DNA of 64,000 nucleotides from Sediminibacterium sp. (GCA_027490265.1 JAIXYL010000169.1:6316-70315); one strand, 5' to 3'; shown: positions 37,428 to 46,902, numbered from the stretch's first letter. Program-made: numbers and translations. The notes: generated from the sequence alone by a model not told the origin.

Positions 37428-39884
37428 TTATTTGCCAGCGTCTACACCTACACGACTTTGTTCGTCTTCAGCGCCACCTCTTTTTCTAGGCCCTGCTGCT
37501 GCTTTACCTTTACTGAATCGGTAAGTGAAACTGATATTGGCAATTCTATTATCATTAAATTGTCTGAAGTTGGCATCAACTGTACCGTACTTACTCTCCC
37601 CTTTAATGCGTTGTGACCAAAAAATGTCTCTTACATTTAAGCGAATGGTGCCTTTGTTTTTCATGATTTGTTTGCTCACCCCAATATTAATTGCACCAAA
37701 TCCTTTGATTCTAAAAATGCCTTCCAATCCTTCGGATCTGTAGAATCCACTTAGTTCAGCACTGTAGCCTTTATTAAACTTGAATTGTTGACTAATATTG
37801 GCCATAAATGTATTGGCAGTAATACTCACTGGTTCGTTGTTGATAGGCCCTGTTAATTGATTATTGGATACATTCACATAGATATTCCCACTCCACCATT
37901 TGGTATATTGATTAAAGGCATTGATGGATAAGCCGAATTGTTGTTGTGTAGCAATATTATCCTGTTTTACAAAGGTTTCATTTTTTGCATCATCTTGAAT
38001 CAGCACTTGTTGAATGATATCGGTTGTTTTGGTATAATTCAATGTGGTGGTTAAAAACCCTTTATATGTGTGGCTGAATTCAATATTATGACTAAACTGT
38101 GGTCTTAAGTATGGATTACCTTGTTCATAAGTGTAGCGATCGAGGAATTCAACAAATGGATTAAGACTTTGATAATCAGGTCTTCTGATTCTTTTGCCAT
38201 AATTTAAGACGAAGCTATTGGTTTCATTGGCTGCATATTGCACATAAGCTGTTGGAAAGAGTTGAATGTAATTTCTTTCAAATTGCTCATTGGTGGTTTT
38301 TTGATCTCCTTTGGCAATCGTTTGTTCAGCTCTTAATCCTAGCTGTACATTCCATTTTGCACCAATTGGTCTACTGTAATTCACATAGGCTGCATTGATA
38401 TTTTCTCTGTATACAAAATGATTGCTTCTGTTAAAATCACGCATTTTAACGCCATTAAAAATGGTATCATAAATGGCATTGGCATCAGTTGTTACGAAAC
38501 TGGTTTTTAACCCAGCTTCTAATTTGGCTTTATGCTTTAAAGGTTGAACATAGTCTACTTTAGCACTATAGATATCTATGATTTGCGGTAATCCGCCGAG
38601 CAAGCTGTCTGTTTTGGCAATGGTTTGTCCAATGCTGTTTTGATAAGCATTATTTAAATACAAGTTCGTGTTGCCGTCATAGGTTAAATAGTCGGCATCA
38701 AAACTAATTTCCTTGCCTGTAGTGTCAATAATATGTTTTAGATTAAAATTAACGCTGGCATTTTTCCAAGTATCGGTATTACCGTTGTATGCAAGGGTTT
38801 TATTCACCAAATTGTGCTGGGCATTAAAGATATTGATATCCCCTACTGAATATCCATTTCCTCTGTTATCAAACCCATTCAATACAATGCCCAGTGTGGT
38901 TTTATTACTTGCAAAGTAGTCAATGCCTAGTTTTCCATTGAATGAATGATTGTAGGTATTCCTATCAGTGATTTGTTCAAAAAATGAAACAATTTGTTTG
39001 GATCCTCCGTCAATAAACCGACGATCAATGGCAATATTTTGAAAACCAATGCGCTCATTTCTACCAATATTGCCGAATACATTGATTTTATTTTTACGGT
39101 AATTCAATTGTAAGGATTGATTATTCCGACTGTAAACACCCTGACCATAGCCAAGATTAACGGATCCATTAAACCCAACTACTTTTGATTTTTTTGTTTT
39201 GATATTAATGACCCCAGCATTGCCCGCAGCATCGTACCGAGCTGGTGGATTGGTCATGATTTCAATTTGATCTAGTTGACTGCCTTGTGTGTTCTTCAAT
39301 AAGTTCACTAAGTCTGGTCCAGATAAATAAGTTGGACGTCCATCCATATACACCATGACCCCTTCTTTACCCTTCAAACTAATATTGCCATCCTTGTCTA
39401 CTGAAATGCCAGGTGACTTTTCTAGAATTTCAAAAGCTGTAGCACCAGCATTGGTTGGAGAAGCTTCTACATTTACGATGGTTCTATCTGCTTTTTGCTC
39501 GATCATGGGCTTTTTTGAACTTACGGTTACTTCTGACAAACCCTTGGTTAAAGATTTTAGGGATAAGGTTGGTAACATTAATGACGTTGAACCGTTCCAT
39601 TCAAATGGTCCATAGTAAGTTCTTTCAAACCCCACCAAATTAGCCAATAGCAAGTACCTTCCTTTGGGCGCATTGGTTAAACTAAATTGACCAGATTGGT
39701 TGGTGATGGTCGTTTTTAATGTACTAGAATCCTTAGGATTCAGCAAACTGACCATTACTGATTCAAGCGGTTGTTGATTAGATATCAGCTTCCCTGTAAT
39801 GACTGGGGTTGTTTGTTGAGCGTTCGTACAGATTCCCATGAGGGAAAGACTCAACAAAATTGCGGATTGAAGTAGTTGTTTCAT
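37428..39884 (-). CDS. TonB-dependent receptor / outer-membrane beta-barrel protein with an N-terminal CarboxypepD_reg-like domain
   Basis: 818 aa with a signal peptide, a plug region (DRTIVNVE...GISVDKDGNISLKG) and a C-terminal aromatic-rich barrel (...ISFTYRF). No SusD-like partner is present. Confidence 0.85.
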   Translation of the reverse strand: MKQLLQSAILLSLSLMGICTNAQQTTPVITGKLISNQQPLESVMVSLLNPKDSSTLKTTITNQSGQFSLTNAPKGRYLLLANLVGFERTYYGPFEWNGSTSLMLPTLSLKSLTKGLSEVTVSSKKPMIEQKADRTIVNVEASPTNAGATAFEILEKSPGISVDKDGNISLKGKEGVMVYMDGRPTYLSGPDLVNLLKNTQGSQLDQIEIMTNPPARYDAAGNAGVINIKTKKSKVVGFNGSVNLGYGQGVYSRNNQSLQLNYRKNKINVFGNIGRNERIGFQNIAIDRRFIDGGSKQIVSFFEQITDRNTYNHSFNGKLGIDYFASNKTTLGIVLNGFDNRGNGYSVGDINIFNAQHNLVNKTLAYNGNTDTWKNASVNFNLKHIIDTTGKEISFDADYLTYDGNTNLYLNNAYQNSIGQTIAKTDSLLGGLPQIIDIYSAKVDYVQPLKHKAKLEAGLKTSFVTTDANAIYDTIFNGVKMRDFNRSNHFVYRENINAAYVNYSRPIGAKWNVQLGLRAEQTIAKGDQKTTNEQFERNYIQLFPTAYVQYAANETNSFVLNYGKRIRRPDYQSLNPFVEFLDRYTYEQGNPYLRPQFSHNIEFSHTYKGFLTTTLNYTKTTDIIQQVLIQDDAKNETFVKQDNIATQQQFGLSINAFNQYTKWWSGNIYVNVSNNQLTGPINNEPVSITANTFMANISQQFKFNKGYSAELSGFYRSEGLEGIFRIKGFGAINIGVSKQIMKNKGTIRLNVRDIFWSQRIKGESKYGTVDANFRQFNDNRIANISFTYRFSKGKAAAGPRKRGGAEDEQSRVGVDAGK

Positions 39885-39930
39885 GTTGCACTTATTTATT
39901 AGTTAGTTCTTGGTTTTGATTATTACAGAA

Positions 39931-39938
39931 CAAAACTA
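39931..39938 (-). promoter_or_regulatory. -7 box TAgtTTTG upstream of the TonB-dependent receptor at 37428-39884
   Basis: The reverse complement of caaaacta. It lies inside an imperfect inverted repeat (39900-39942). Confidence 0.35.
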
Positions 39939-40036
39939 ACTACTGTGCTTTACATAGTACATTGTTTTAGCATGGACGGTTTATTTTCATGCTGAATGGT
40001 GCTTCAACAATGACTAGCGGAAATAAAAGCGGGGAA

Positions 40037-41179
40037 TTATGCTTTATGCAACTTCTTGAAGTACACGAAACTACTGATGCCAAGCAATACCAAAACAGTG
40101 GAAATCAATTCAGCTTGTGTTGGATTAAAAGGAATATTGTACTCAGTATTCACGCGTATTTTTTCAATGAAAAAACGCTCTAATCCATTTAACACCAAAT
40201 AAATACTAAACAGTTGGCCAGGTACTTTTATTTGTTTTCTCAATGCCCACAAGCATCCAAACAAAATAAAACAAATCATTAATTCATACAAAGGCGTAGG
40301 ATAAACAGGGATGGCCAATTGATTGCAATAGGGTCCAGTACAGCCTGCAATGGGCACGCCTTCACCTAGTACATTATGCGGGTAAGTATATGACCAGAAA
40401 AAATCTGGGAGCCACTGATATGGGTTAGGGGTTGGATTGGCAATGCCCCAGTCTCCATCCCCACTGATTTGACAGCCAATTCTCCCAAATGCATAAGCGA
40501 ACATCATCGTTGGAGCAAATGCATCCAATAATGGAATCAAGGCAATTTGATGTTTGCGTGCGTACCAAATGATGGCAGCGCCTGCACAAATTAACCCACC
40601 ATAAAAAGTAAGTCCACTGAAAGCAATTAATGAGCCTATCGGATCAGCGGCAAATTCATTCCAATTTTCAAGATTGTGAAAGATCTTGGCACCTAAAAAA
40701 CCAAATACTGCCGCATAAATAACAATATCACCAACGCGATCATGAGGCCAAATACGAATGGTTCTTTCTTCTGGTTTTGCCAATTGATCTTTTTTCTTCT
40801 CCCACCATTTCAATGCACCAAACACCAAAGCGGTTAACATACCCGTTAAGAAATTGCCTTGCCCTGATAAAATGAATGCCTGTGGGTCTTCTAAAGCATT
40901 CGAAATAGTAAATGCCCCAATAATTTTATACCCAAACAAAAAGCCCAAAAGCCCATTCGTGATGAGCTCAGTTAAACCAGCAGGCTCTCCTATTTTAATT
41001 TTTTCCTCGGTATGTGCAAACAATCCTTGTCCTTGCTTTCTTCTTAATTCTAAAGACAATATCCATGCAGAAACAATAAACGAGAGTGCAACAAAGAATC
41101 CAAAAGAATTGACCAATTTAAGTCCGTTAAGTTCTATGCCAAACAAATCTTTGAATGCGTAATATAAATTGGGATACAT
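40037..41179 (-). CDS. lgt: Prolipoprotein diacylglyceryl transferase
   Basis: YGGLICAGAAI...FGRIGCQISGDGDWG...PTPLYE motifs. This is the long Bacteroidota-type form (380 aa). Confidence 0.9.
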   Translation of the reverse strand: MYPNLYYAFKDLFGIELNGLKLVNSFGFFVALSFIVSAWILSLELRRKQGQGLFAHTEEKIKIGEPAGLTELITNGLLGFLFGYKIIGAFTISNALEDPQAFILSGQGNFLTGMLTALVFGALKWWEKKKDQLAKPEERTIRIWPHDRVGDIVIYAAVFGFLGAKIFHNLENWNEFAADPIGSLIAFSGLTFYGGLICAGAAIIWYARKHQIALIPLLDAFAPTMMFAYAFGRIGCQISGDGDWGIANPTPNPYQWLPDFFWSYTYPHNVLGEGVPIAGCTGPYCNQLAIPVYPTPLYELMICFILFGCLWALRKQIKVPGQLFSIYLVLNGLERFFIEKIRVNTEYNIPFNPTQAELISTVLVLLGISSFVYFKKLHKA

Positions 41180-41221
41180 AAAGTTGAATAAAGATTGAGT
41201 GCAATGTTACTCAGAAATTAG

Positions 41222-41253
41222 CAAAAAAAGCAAGGCCTCACAAAAGTGAGGCC
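41222..41253 (-). terminator. Rho-independent terminator after the bacilliredoxin gene
   Basis: 8-bp GC-rich stem ggcctcac / gtgaggcc (41234-41253). The minus-strand tail is TTGCTTTTTTTGC. Confidence 0.75.
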
Positions 41254-41289
41254 CGTACTTACTAACCCATCTAAAAACAAATTACAAAA

Positions 41290-41706
41290 TTAATTACAAT
41301 GCTCGTTAAAAGCAGCAATTAAATGTTGTGCAATGGCTTGAGCCGGTCTGCCTTCAATCTGGTGTCTTTCAACCATGGTCACCAATTCGCCATCTTTAAA
41401 AAGGGCAATGGCTGGTGAAGAAGGTGGAATAGGCAATAAATGTTCACGAATTTTATTGACCGCTTCAACGTCAAATCCTGCAAAGCTGGTCATTAGTCTA
41501 TCAGGTCTTTTGCCGGCATTTTGAACAGCCATCAAAACACCTGGTCTGCATGCACCTGCTGCGCAACCACAAACAGAATTAATCACTACTAAAGTAGTGC
41601 CTTCTTGTTTGATTGTTTGGTCAACATCAGCAGCAGTTAACAACTCTCCAAACCCTTCATCGGTTAATTCTGCCTTCATTGGCAGCACTATTTCTGCTGG
41701 ATACAT
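41290..41706 (-). CDS. BrxA/BrxB-family bacilliredoxin
   Basis: 138 aa with INSVCGCAAG (CGC redox motif), typical of YphP/YqiW. Confidence 0.85.
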   Translation of the reverse strand: MYPAEIVLPMKAELTDEGFGELLTAADVDQTIKQEGTTLVVINSVCGCAAGACRPGVLMAVQNAGKRPDRLMTSFAGFDVEAVNKIREHLLPIPPSSPAIALFKDGELVTMVERHQIEGRPAQAIAQHLIAAFNEHCN

Positions 41707-41723
41707 ATTGGTAATTTAGAGTA

Positions 41724-41731
41724 CAAACTTA
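41724..41731 (-). promoter_or_regulatory. -7 box TAagTTTG upstream of the bacilliredoxin gene
   Basis: The reverse complement of caaactta, 18 nt from ATG 41706, which implies a very short leader. Confidence 0.35.
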
Positions 41732-41742
41732 CAACATTCCCC

Positions 41743-41903
41743 ATTAATCACCAATCAGAAACATAAAACTGCCATAGTGGCTCTATTTTATTTATGTAAA
41801 TGCCATTGTGGCACTATTTGAACAATTACAAATGACAAAAAGATCAAAAAATTGGATTGGAACAGCGTTTGGACAGATTTAGAAAAACAAATTAATCACC
41901 AAT
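41743..41903. repeat. Exact 13-nt direct repeat ATTAATCACCAAT bracketing the brx / hsp20 intergenic region
   Basis: Copies at 41743-41755 and 41891-41903. The second ends 13 nt before the hsp20 ATG. Confidence 0.6.
41770..41819. repeat. Two copies of a 19-nt direct repeat, each containing a TGCCA-N3-TGGC(A/T) inverted repeat
   Basis: tgccatagtggctctattt (41770-41788) and tgccattgtggcactattt (41801-41819) share 16 of 19 positions. Start-to-start spacing is 31 nt. They lie in the brx / hsp20 divergent intergenic region. Confidence 0.6.
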
Positions 41904-41916
41904 AAAATTTAGAATT

Positions 41917-42336
41917 ATGTCAATCTTAAAACAACACAGCAGCAGCGTATTTGATGAATTATTTAATGCTTTCCCAGCTAATTTTGGCAACAGTTTGCCT
42001 GCAGGTTATCCAACCGCTTCAGTCAATATTCATGAAACCGCAGATGCCTTTCATTTAGAATTAAATGCACCCGGTAGACAAAAAGAGGATTTTTCCATTC
42101 AAGTAGACAAGGGTTTGTTAACCATCGGTTACGAGAAAAAAGCACAAACAGAAGAGACCAATTACAAAACCATTCGTAAGGAATTTACTTACAAAAGTTT
42201 TAAAAGAAGTTTTTCAATAGACGATCAAATTAATACGGATGGCATTCAAGCCAGATACGAGAATGGTGTTTTAAAATTATTGCTTCCTAAAAAAGAAGAA
42301 GTAAAAAATGCACCCAAACAAATCAGCATCAATTAA
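41917..42336 (+). CDS. Hsp20/alpha-crystallin family small heat-shock protein
   Basis: VNIHETADAFHLELNAPG...YENGVLKLLLPKK. Confidence 0.9.
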   Translation: MSILKQHSSSVFDELFNAFPANFGNSLPAGYPTASVNIHETADAFHLELNAPGRQKEDFSIQVDKGLLTIGYEKKAQTEETNYKTIRKEFTYKSFKRSFSIDDQINTDGIQARYENGVLKLLLPKKEEVKNAPKQISIN

Positions 42337-42372
42337 TTGATGCGAATAGCTTACATGGTTGATTGGTTAAAA

Positions 42373-42401
42373 AATCGGTTGCTCCAAAAGGGCAACCGAT
42401 T
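42373..42401 (+). terminator. Hairpin downstream of hsp20 (possible terminator)
   Basis: 10-bp perfect stem aatcggttgc / gcaaccgatt, with no clear U-tail on the plus strand. Confidence 0.4.
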
Positions 42402-42514
42402 GTCGTTAAAGCATGGTTTATACTTGATTCGTACAAATTGAGCATCAGGAAAAGATAAAGAACAAACCTTGTAATAATTATGCAACTATTTACACTAATG
42501 GGTAAATTCGGGTT

Positions 42515-43369
42515 ATGTTAAAATGGGTAAGTTGTCTTATTTTTTGGGGATGCTTGCAAAGCGTTAATGGTCAATCAAACAATGGTTCGCTGTTGTGGGA
42601 AATCAGTGGCAATGAACTAAAAACGCCCTCTTATATTTTTGGTACTTTTCATATTTTATGTCCAACTGATTTTAGTGTGTCTCCTACCCTTGCGCAAACA
42701 CTTAAGCAGACCAAACAATTATATCTTGAATTAGATTTATCTAAACCAGGCATGCAGCTGGAATTAATGTCGCTTATGCGTTTGAATGGCACAAGCTTAG
42801 ATAAAGAAATGGGCGATGATTTTGAAGCAGTCAATACAAAATTTAAAACTATTACGGGCACGCCATTGGCCGCTTTTAAGCAGTTCAAACCTTTCATGGG
42901 CCTAAGTTTATTAACCTTAGCCACTGTGCCTTGTACCGAAAAAATACAACCCGAAACCATGTTTATGTCACTGGCGAAAGAAGCCAATATGGGTATTGGG
43001 GGATTAGAAACCGTAGCAGATCAGGTAAACGCTATTAATGCACAGCCACTCAAAGAACAGATTGTTGAATTAAAAAAAATGGTTAACAATTTTGACAGTG
43101 TTAAATGGCAAATGCAGGCTTTATTGCGTGTATATAAATTAAATCATTTAGACAGCATACAGCTTTTTATGCAATCACAACAAATGACCGCTCAATTTGA
43201 ACAGGATTTATTGATTAATCGCAACAAAAATTGGATTCCCAGAATCATTGCTGCAGCCAAGGAATCGGCTTCATTTTTTGCAGTTGGCGCAGCACATTTA
43301 GGAGGTCCGCAAGGGGTTATTGCATTATTAAAACAAAAGGGCTATCAATTAAGGCCGCTAAAGTATTAG
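42515..43369 (+). CDS. TraB/GumN family protein (secreted)
   Basis: Signal peptide, LWEISG....SYIFGTFHIL and a C-terminal FFAVGAAHLGG. Confidence 0.8.
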   Translation: MLKWVSCLIFWGCLQSVNGQSNNGSLLWEISGNELKTPSYIFGTFHILCPTDFSVSPTLAQTLKQTKQLYLELDLSKPGMQLELMSLMRLNGTSLDKEMGDDFEAVNTKFKTITGTPLAAFKQFKPFMGLSLLTLATVPCTEKIQPETMFMSLAKEANMGIGGLETVADQVNAINAQPLKEQIVELKKMVNNFDSVKWQMQALLRVYKLNHLDSIQLFMQSQQMTAQFEQDLLINRNKNWIPRIIAAAKESASFFAVGAAHLGGPQGVIALLKQKGYQLRPLKY

Positions 43370-43373
43370 GTGC

Positions 43374-43877
43374 ATGAATGCAACTGAGCAAGCTTTTATT
43401 CAATTGCTGAACCAACATCAGAAAATTATACATAAAGTGTGTAATCTGTATTTGCATGGGCAAACAGATAAAGAAGACTTGTTTCAGGAAATCACACTAC
43501 AAGCTTGGAAAGCATATACACAGTTTAGAGGAGAGGCGAAATTTTCTACATGGTTGTATAGAGTCGCTTTAAATACAGCGATTACCTATTTTAGGAAGGA
43601 TAAAAAACAAGCATTTATTGCATCAGTTGCCGATTTACCAGAAATGGCGCATTCAATTGAAAGAGATCCAATAGAAGAAAAATCAAAAGCCATGTATGCA
43701 GCCATTGCCAACTTATCAAAAATTGACAAAGCCATTGTGATGTTATACTTAGAAGACTATAGTTACGCCGAAATCAGCGATGTGATCGGCATTACAGCAA
43801 ATAATATTGCAGTGAAAATGAATCGAATAAAAGTGAAACTCAGAGAAGCAACATTAAAAAACTTTGAAACTGTCTAA
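43374..43877 (+). CDS. ECF-type RNA polymerase sigma-70 family factor
   Basis: Region 2 (DLFQEITLQAWKAY...FSTWLYRVALN) and region 4 (SYAEISDVIGITANNIAVKMNRIK). Confidence 0.9.
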   Translation: MNATEQAFIQLLNQHQKIIHKVCNLYLHGQTDKEDLFQEITLQAWKAYTQFRGEAKFSTWLYRVALNTAITYFRKDKKQAFIASVADLPEMAHSIERDPIEEKSKAMYAAIANLSKIDKAIVMLYLEDYSYAEISDVIGITANNIAVKMNRIKVKLREATLKNFETV

Positions 43878-43887
43878 AGCAATTGTT

Positions 43888-44523
43888 ATGGAATTAGATG
43901 ATTTAAAAGGATTCATTAATCAAGAGCTCATCAAGGACAGCCCTGAGATGAGTGAACATAATATTGCCAACCTATTAAAAGGCAAAGCCGTATCGGTTAT
44001 TTCTAAAATCAAAAAAAGCCTTTGGTTCGAAATCATTTGCTGCATTTTAGTTGCAATTGGCTTTATTTATATTGCATTGTTTACTAACAGAGATTCAATT
44101 AAAATATACTTTGGCTTTTTCGGTGCAGCTTTTATACCATTTACATGGGTCTTTTTTTACCTGCTTAAGAAAATTAAAGAATTTGACAATTCTGTGTTGC
44201 CAGTAAAAGAAAATTTAAAGCAACTGGTTCAAGTTTTAGAGGAGTTTACCAAACGTTATTTTCAATTCAATATGGCGTTGTTGCCCATTTGTTTTTTGTT
44301 CGCGTTTGTTTTAGGATACAATGAAAAAGCCCCCGTCAACGAATTAGACAAACTACAAGCACTATTCAAAAACCATGAAACAATCTATTTGGCATTAATC
44401 ATTGCCTATACAGCTGTAATGTTTTTTGCGCTGATCTATATGACCAAATGGTACATCAAAAAACTGTATGGTAATTATATCAGCCAATTAAAATTATTAT
44501 TGACCGAATTAAAAGATGAGTAA
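43888..44523 (+). CDS. Hypothetical 4-TM membrane protein, possible anti-sigma factor
   Basis: It lies immediately downstream of the ECF sigma gene. It has a short cytoplasmic N-terminus followed by TM helices. No ZAS motif is recognisable. Confidence 0.4.
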   Translation: MELDDLKGFINQELIKDSPEMSEHNIANLLKGKAVSVISKIKKSLWFEIICCILVAIGFIYIALFTNRDSIKIYFGFFGAAFIPFTWVFFYLLKKIKEFDNSVLPVKENLKQLVQVLEEFTKRYFQFNMALLPICFLFAFVLGYNEKAPVNELDKLQALFKNHETIYLALIIAYTAVMFFALIYMTKWYIKKLYGNYISQLKLLLTELKDE

Positions 44524-44529
44524 GCAGTT

Positions 44530-44985
44530 CTATTCTACACAGCCAGTTTTTCTTCTGGTATCAATAATGTATTGAATGCGCCACTTATCGTTATTGCGCA
44601 CCAGTTGAAAAGAATTAACCCCGCAATGACTGAAATCGGTTCTTCTATAAAATTGATAAGGCGTCCAGACTGTTGCCAATGGGCCATCAATTTTTACCAT
44701 ATCAAATACAATTCTTTCGTCAGCTAATCCCTTTGGCAAAGTAGATACTTGTCTTACAAATGCTGCTACAGAGTCGGTTCTAACAATGAGCTTCCCTTCT
44801 TTATTGGTGGTAATGGTTTGCATGATGGCATTTTCAGTAAAACAGTCTTGCAATAATGCGCCATCAGCTTCCATCATAGCAAAAAACATTTTGCGAATGG
44901 TTGATTTAACAGAGTCTTCCGCTGATTGTGCGTGCATCGTCAATCCACCTAATAATAAACCACATAACAACACTGTTTTTTTCAT
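44530..44985 (-). CDS. NTF2-like (DUF4440/SnoaL-like) secreted protein
   Basis: Signal peptide MKKTVLLCGLLLGGLTMHAQ. About 130 residues with a cone-like alpha+beta pattern, ending W.I.YI.DTR. Confidence 0.5.
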   Translation of the reverse strand: MKKTVLLCGLLLGGLTMHAQSAEDSVKSTIRKMFFAMMEADGALLQDCFTENAIMQTITTNKEGKLIVRTDSVAAFVRQVSTLPKGLADERIVFDMVKIDGPLATVWTPYQFYRRTDFSHCGVNSFQLVRNNDKWRIQYIIDTRRKTGCVE

Positions 44986-45009
44986 AACATCAGTTTAGAC
45001 TATAACCTA

Positions 45010-46443
45010 TTATAAATACCCAAGTATTTTCAACATGCTTTGGGCGGTTTGCTCTTTTGCATAAACCCAATCAATCATTTTTCCACTCTTATCTAATTCA
45101 ACAATAACGTGTTTTGGAGAAGGGATTAAACAATGCTTGATACCACCATACCCACTGATTTGATCTTGATATGCCCCTGTATGAAAAAAGCCTACGTACA
45201 AAGGTTCTTTATTGGATTCCGCTTCTTTTTTATCAACTGTGGTTAGCTTGGGTAAGAATACCTCATTAATATGTTCTTCAGAATCGTAATAATCGTGACT
45301 ATCGCAGGTAATCCCCCCTAATACAACCCGTTGGTACTCGTTGTCCCATTTATTCACGGGCAACATTAAAAATTTCTCACCAATGCCCCATGTATCAGGC
45401 AATGTGGTAATGAAAGACGAATCAATCATATACCAACACTCGCGATCATTCTGAATTTTTTCACCAATTACACTGTAAATATGAGCCATACTCTCTCCTA
45501 CGGTGTAGGAACCAAATTCAGTATAGATATTGGGCATGGGTACTTTGGCTTTCTTACAAGCTTTCTTAATATTACCCACGATTTCATTAATCATGAATTG
45601 GTAATCGTATTCGAATCCTAGAGAATGTTTAATCGGGAATCCACCACCAATATTGATGGAATCCAACTCAGGACAAATTTTCTTTAATTGACAATAAAGG
45701 TTGATAATTTTATTGAGTTCACTCCAATAATAGATATCATCTTTAATCCCTTTATTCAAGAAGATATGCAACATTTTTAATTGAAACTTATCTTCATACC
45801 CTTCAATTTCATCCACATAAAACTCAAGAATATCTTTAGCACGAATCCCTAAGCGTGATGTGTAGAATGGAAAATTGGGTTCTTCTTCCGCAGCAACTCT
45901 AATCCCTACAGAAAAAGGAGTTGATGAGCGCACACTTCTTTTGTATGCTTGCAATTCTTCTTTATTGTCAAGAATTGGAATAACATTTTTAAACCCGGTA
46001 TTGATGAGTTTGGCAATTCTAGAAGTGTATTGTTTTTGCTTATACCCATTACAAATAATAAAGGTTTCTTTATTGATTTTTCTGCGCTGATACAAACGGT
46101 TAATGATTTCAATATCATACGCATAGGAAGTTTCCAAATGGATATTGTGCTTAAGCGCTTCTTCCACAATAAATGAAAAATGCGAGCTCTTGGTACAATA
46201 ACAATAAAAATACTCTCCCTCATACTTGTGCTTCTTGAATGCATTGGCAAACATATTTTTTGCCTTATTAATTTGCATCCCAATTTTAGGCAAGTAGGTT
46301 AACTTCAATGGTGTGCCGTGTTTGTCTATCAATTTTTTGATATCAACACCATTGAATTCTAAGTATCCTTCATCACTTACATCAAAACCTTCTTGTGGAA
46401 AGTGGAAAGTCTGGTTCACCAGAGAGGTGTAGGTATTATTCAT
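45010..46443 (-). CDS. Type III PLP-dependent decarboxylase, arginine decarboxylase-like
   Basis: 477 aa with an alanine-racemase-fold N-terminal barrel (YCYCTKS, the Lys context) and GGGFPI. This is the short SpeA-like form common in Bacteroidota. aguA and aguB are elsewhere in the window. Confidence 0.7.
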   Translation of the reverse strand: MNNTYTSLVNQTFHFPQEGFDVSDEGYLEFNGVDIKKLIDKHGTPLKLTYLPKIGMQINKAKNMFANAFKKHKYEGEYFYCYCTKSSHFSFIVEEALKHNIHLETSYAYDIEIINRLYQRRKINKETFIICNGYKQKQYTSRIAKLINTGFKNVIPILDNKEELQAYKRSVRSSTPFSVGIRVAAEEEPNFPFYTSRLGIRAKDILEFYVDEIEGYEDKFQLKMLHIFLNKGIKDDIYYWSELNKIINLYCQLKKICPELDSINIGGGFPIKHSLGFEYDYQFMINEIVGNIKKACKKAKVPMPNIYTEFGSYTVGESMAHIYSVIGEKIQNDRECWYMIDSSFITTLPDTWGIGEKFLMLPVNKWDNEYQRVVLGGITCDSHDYYDSEEHINEVFLPKLTTVDKKEAESNKEPLYVGFFHTGAYQDQISGYGGIKHCLIPSPKHVIVELDKSGKMIDWVYAKEQTAQSMLKILGYL

Positions 46444-46502
46444 CAGGGAAGTTTCCTTTTAAAAATTAGAATGTAAAAATAACCCTTGTAATGGATTATG
46501 AA

Positions 46503-46540
46503 AATAAAAAAAGCCGGATGCAGAAAGCAACCGGCTTTTT
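46503..46540 (-). terminator. Rho-independent (potentially bidirectional) terminator after rplT
   Basis: Stem gccggatgc / gcaaccggc with one mismatch (46513-46535), flanked by an A-run upstream and a T-run downstream. Confidence 0.7.
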
Positions 46541-46557
46541 ATGAACAAAAGTTCAAT

Positions 46558-46902
46558 TTATTTCACTGAAAGCACCAACGCTTTAAAAGAAGCTGGTTCG
46601 TTCATGGCTAAATCAGCCAATACCTTACGGTTTAAGTCAATGCCTTTTACACTCAACTTATTGATAAATTGGCTGTAAGTCATGCCTTCTTCTCTTACGG
46701 CAGCATTGATACGTGCAATCCAAAGTTGGCGATATTCACGCTTCTTTAATTTGCGACCTACATAACTGTATGTAAGACCTTTTTCAACAATATTTTTGGC
46801 AACGGTATAAACGTTTTTACGTTTACCATAATAACCTTTGGCTTGGTCTAGGATTTTCTTTCTCCTTGCTCTGGATGCAACTGCATTTTTTGAACGTGGC
46901 AT
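46558..46902 (-). CDS. rplT: 50S ribosomal protein L20
   Basis: [18 protein letters not shown]...LWIARINAA.... Confidence 0.95.
   Translation of the reverse strand: MPRSKNAVASRARRKKILDQAKGYYGKRKNVYTVAKNIVEKGLTYSYVGRKLKKREYRQLWIARINAAVREEGMTYSQFINKLSVKGIDLNRKVLADLAMNEPASFKALVLSVK

Noticed and set aside
41806-41823. TGGCAC-N5 sequence (tgtggcactatttgaaca) resembling the -24 element of a sigma-54 promoter upstream of hsp20
   Set aside because: At the correct spacing, the -12 position reads GAAC instead of TTGC, so the -12 GC dinucleotide is missing. The first repeat copy has TGGCTC. The sequence is better explained as half of a TGCCA-N3-TGGCA palindrome.
45875-46283. Several 70-125-aa ORFs inside the arginine decarboxylase-like gene (45875-46090 +, 45906-46283 -, 45949-46176 +)
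   Set aside because: All lie fully within a well-supported 477-aa CDS, either out of frame or antisense. None has a recognisable motif or upstream signal.
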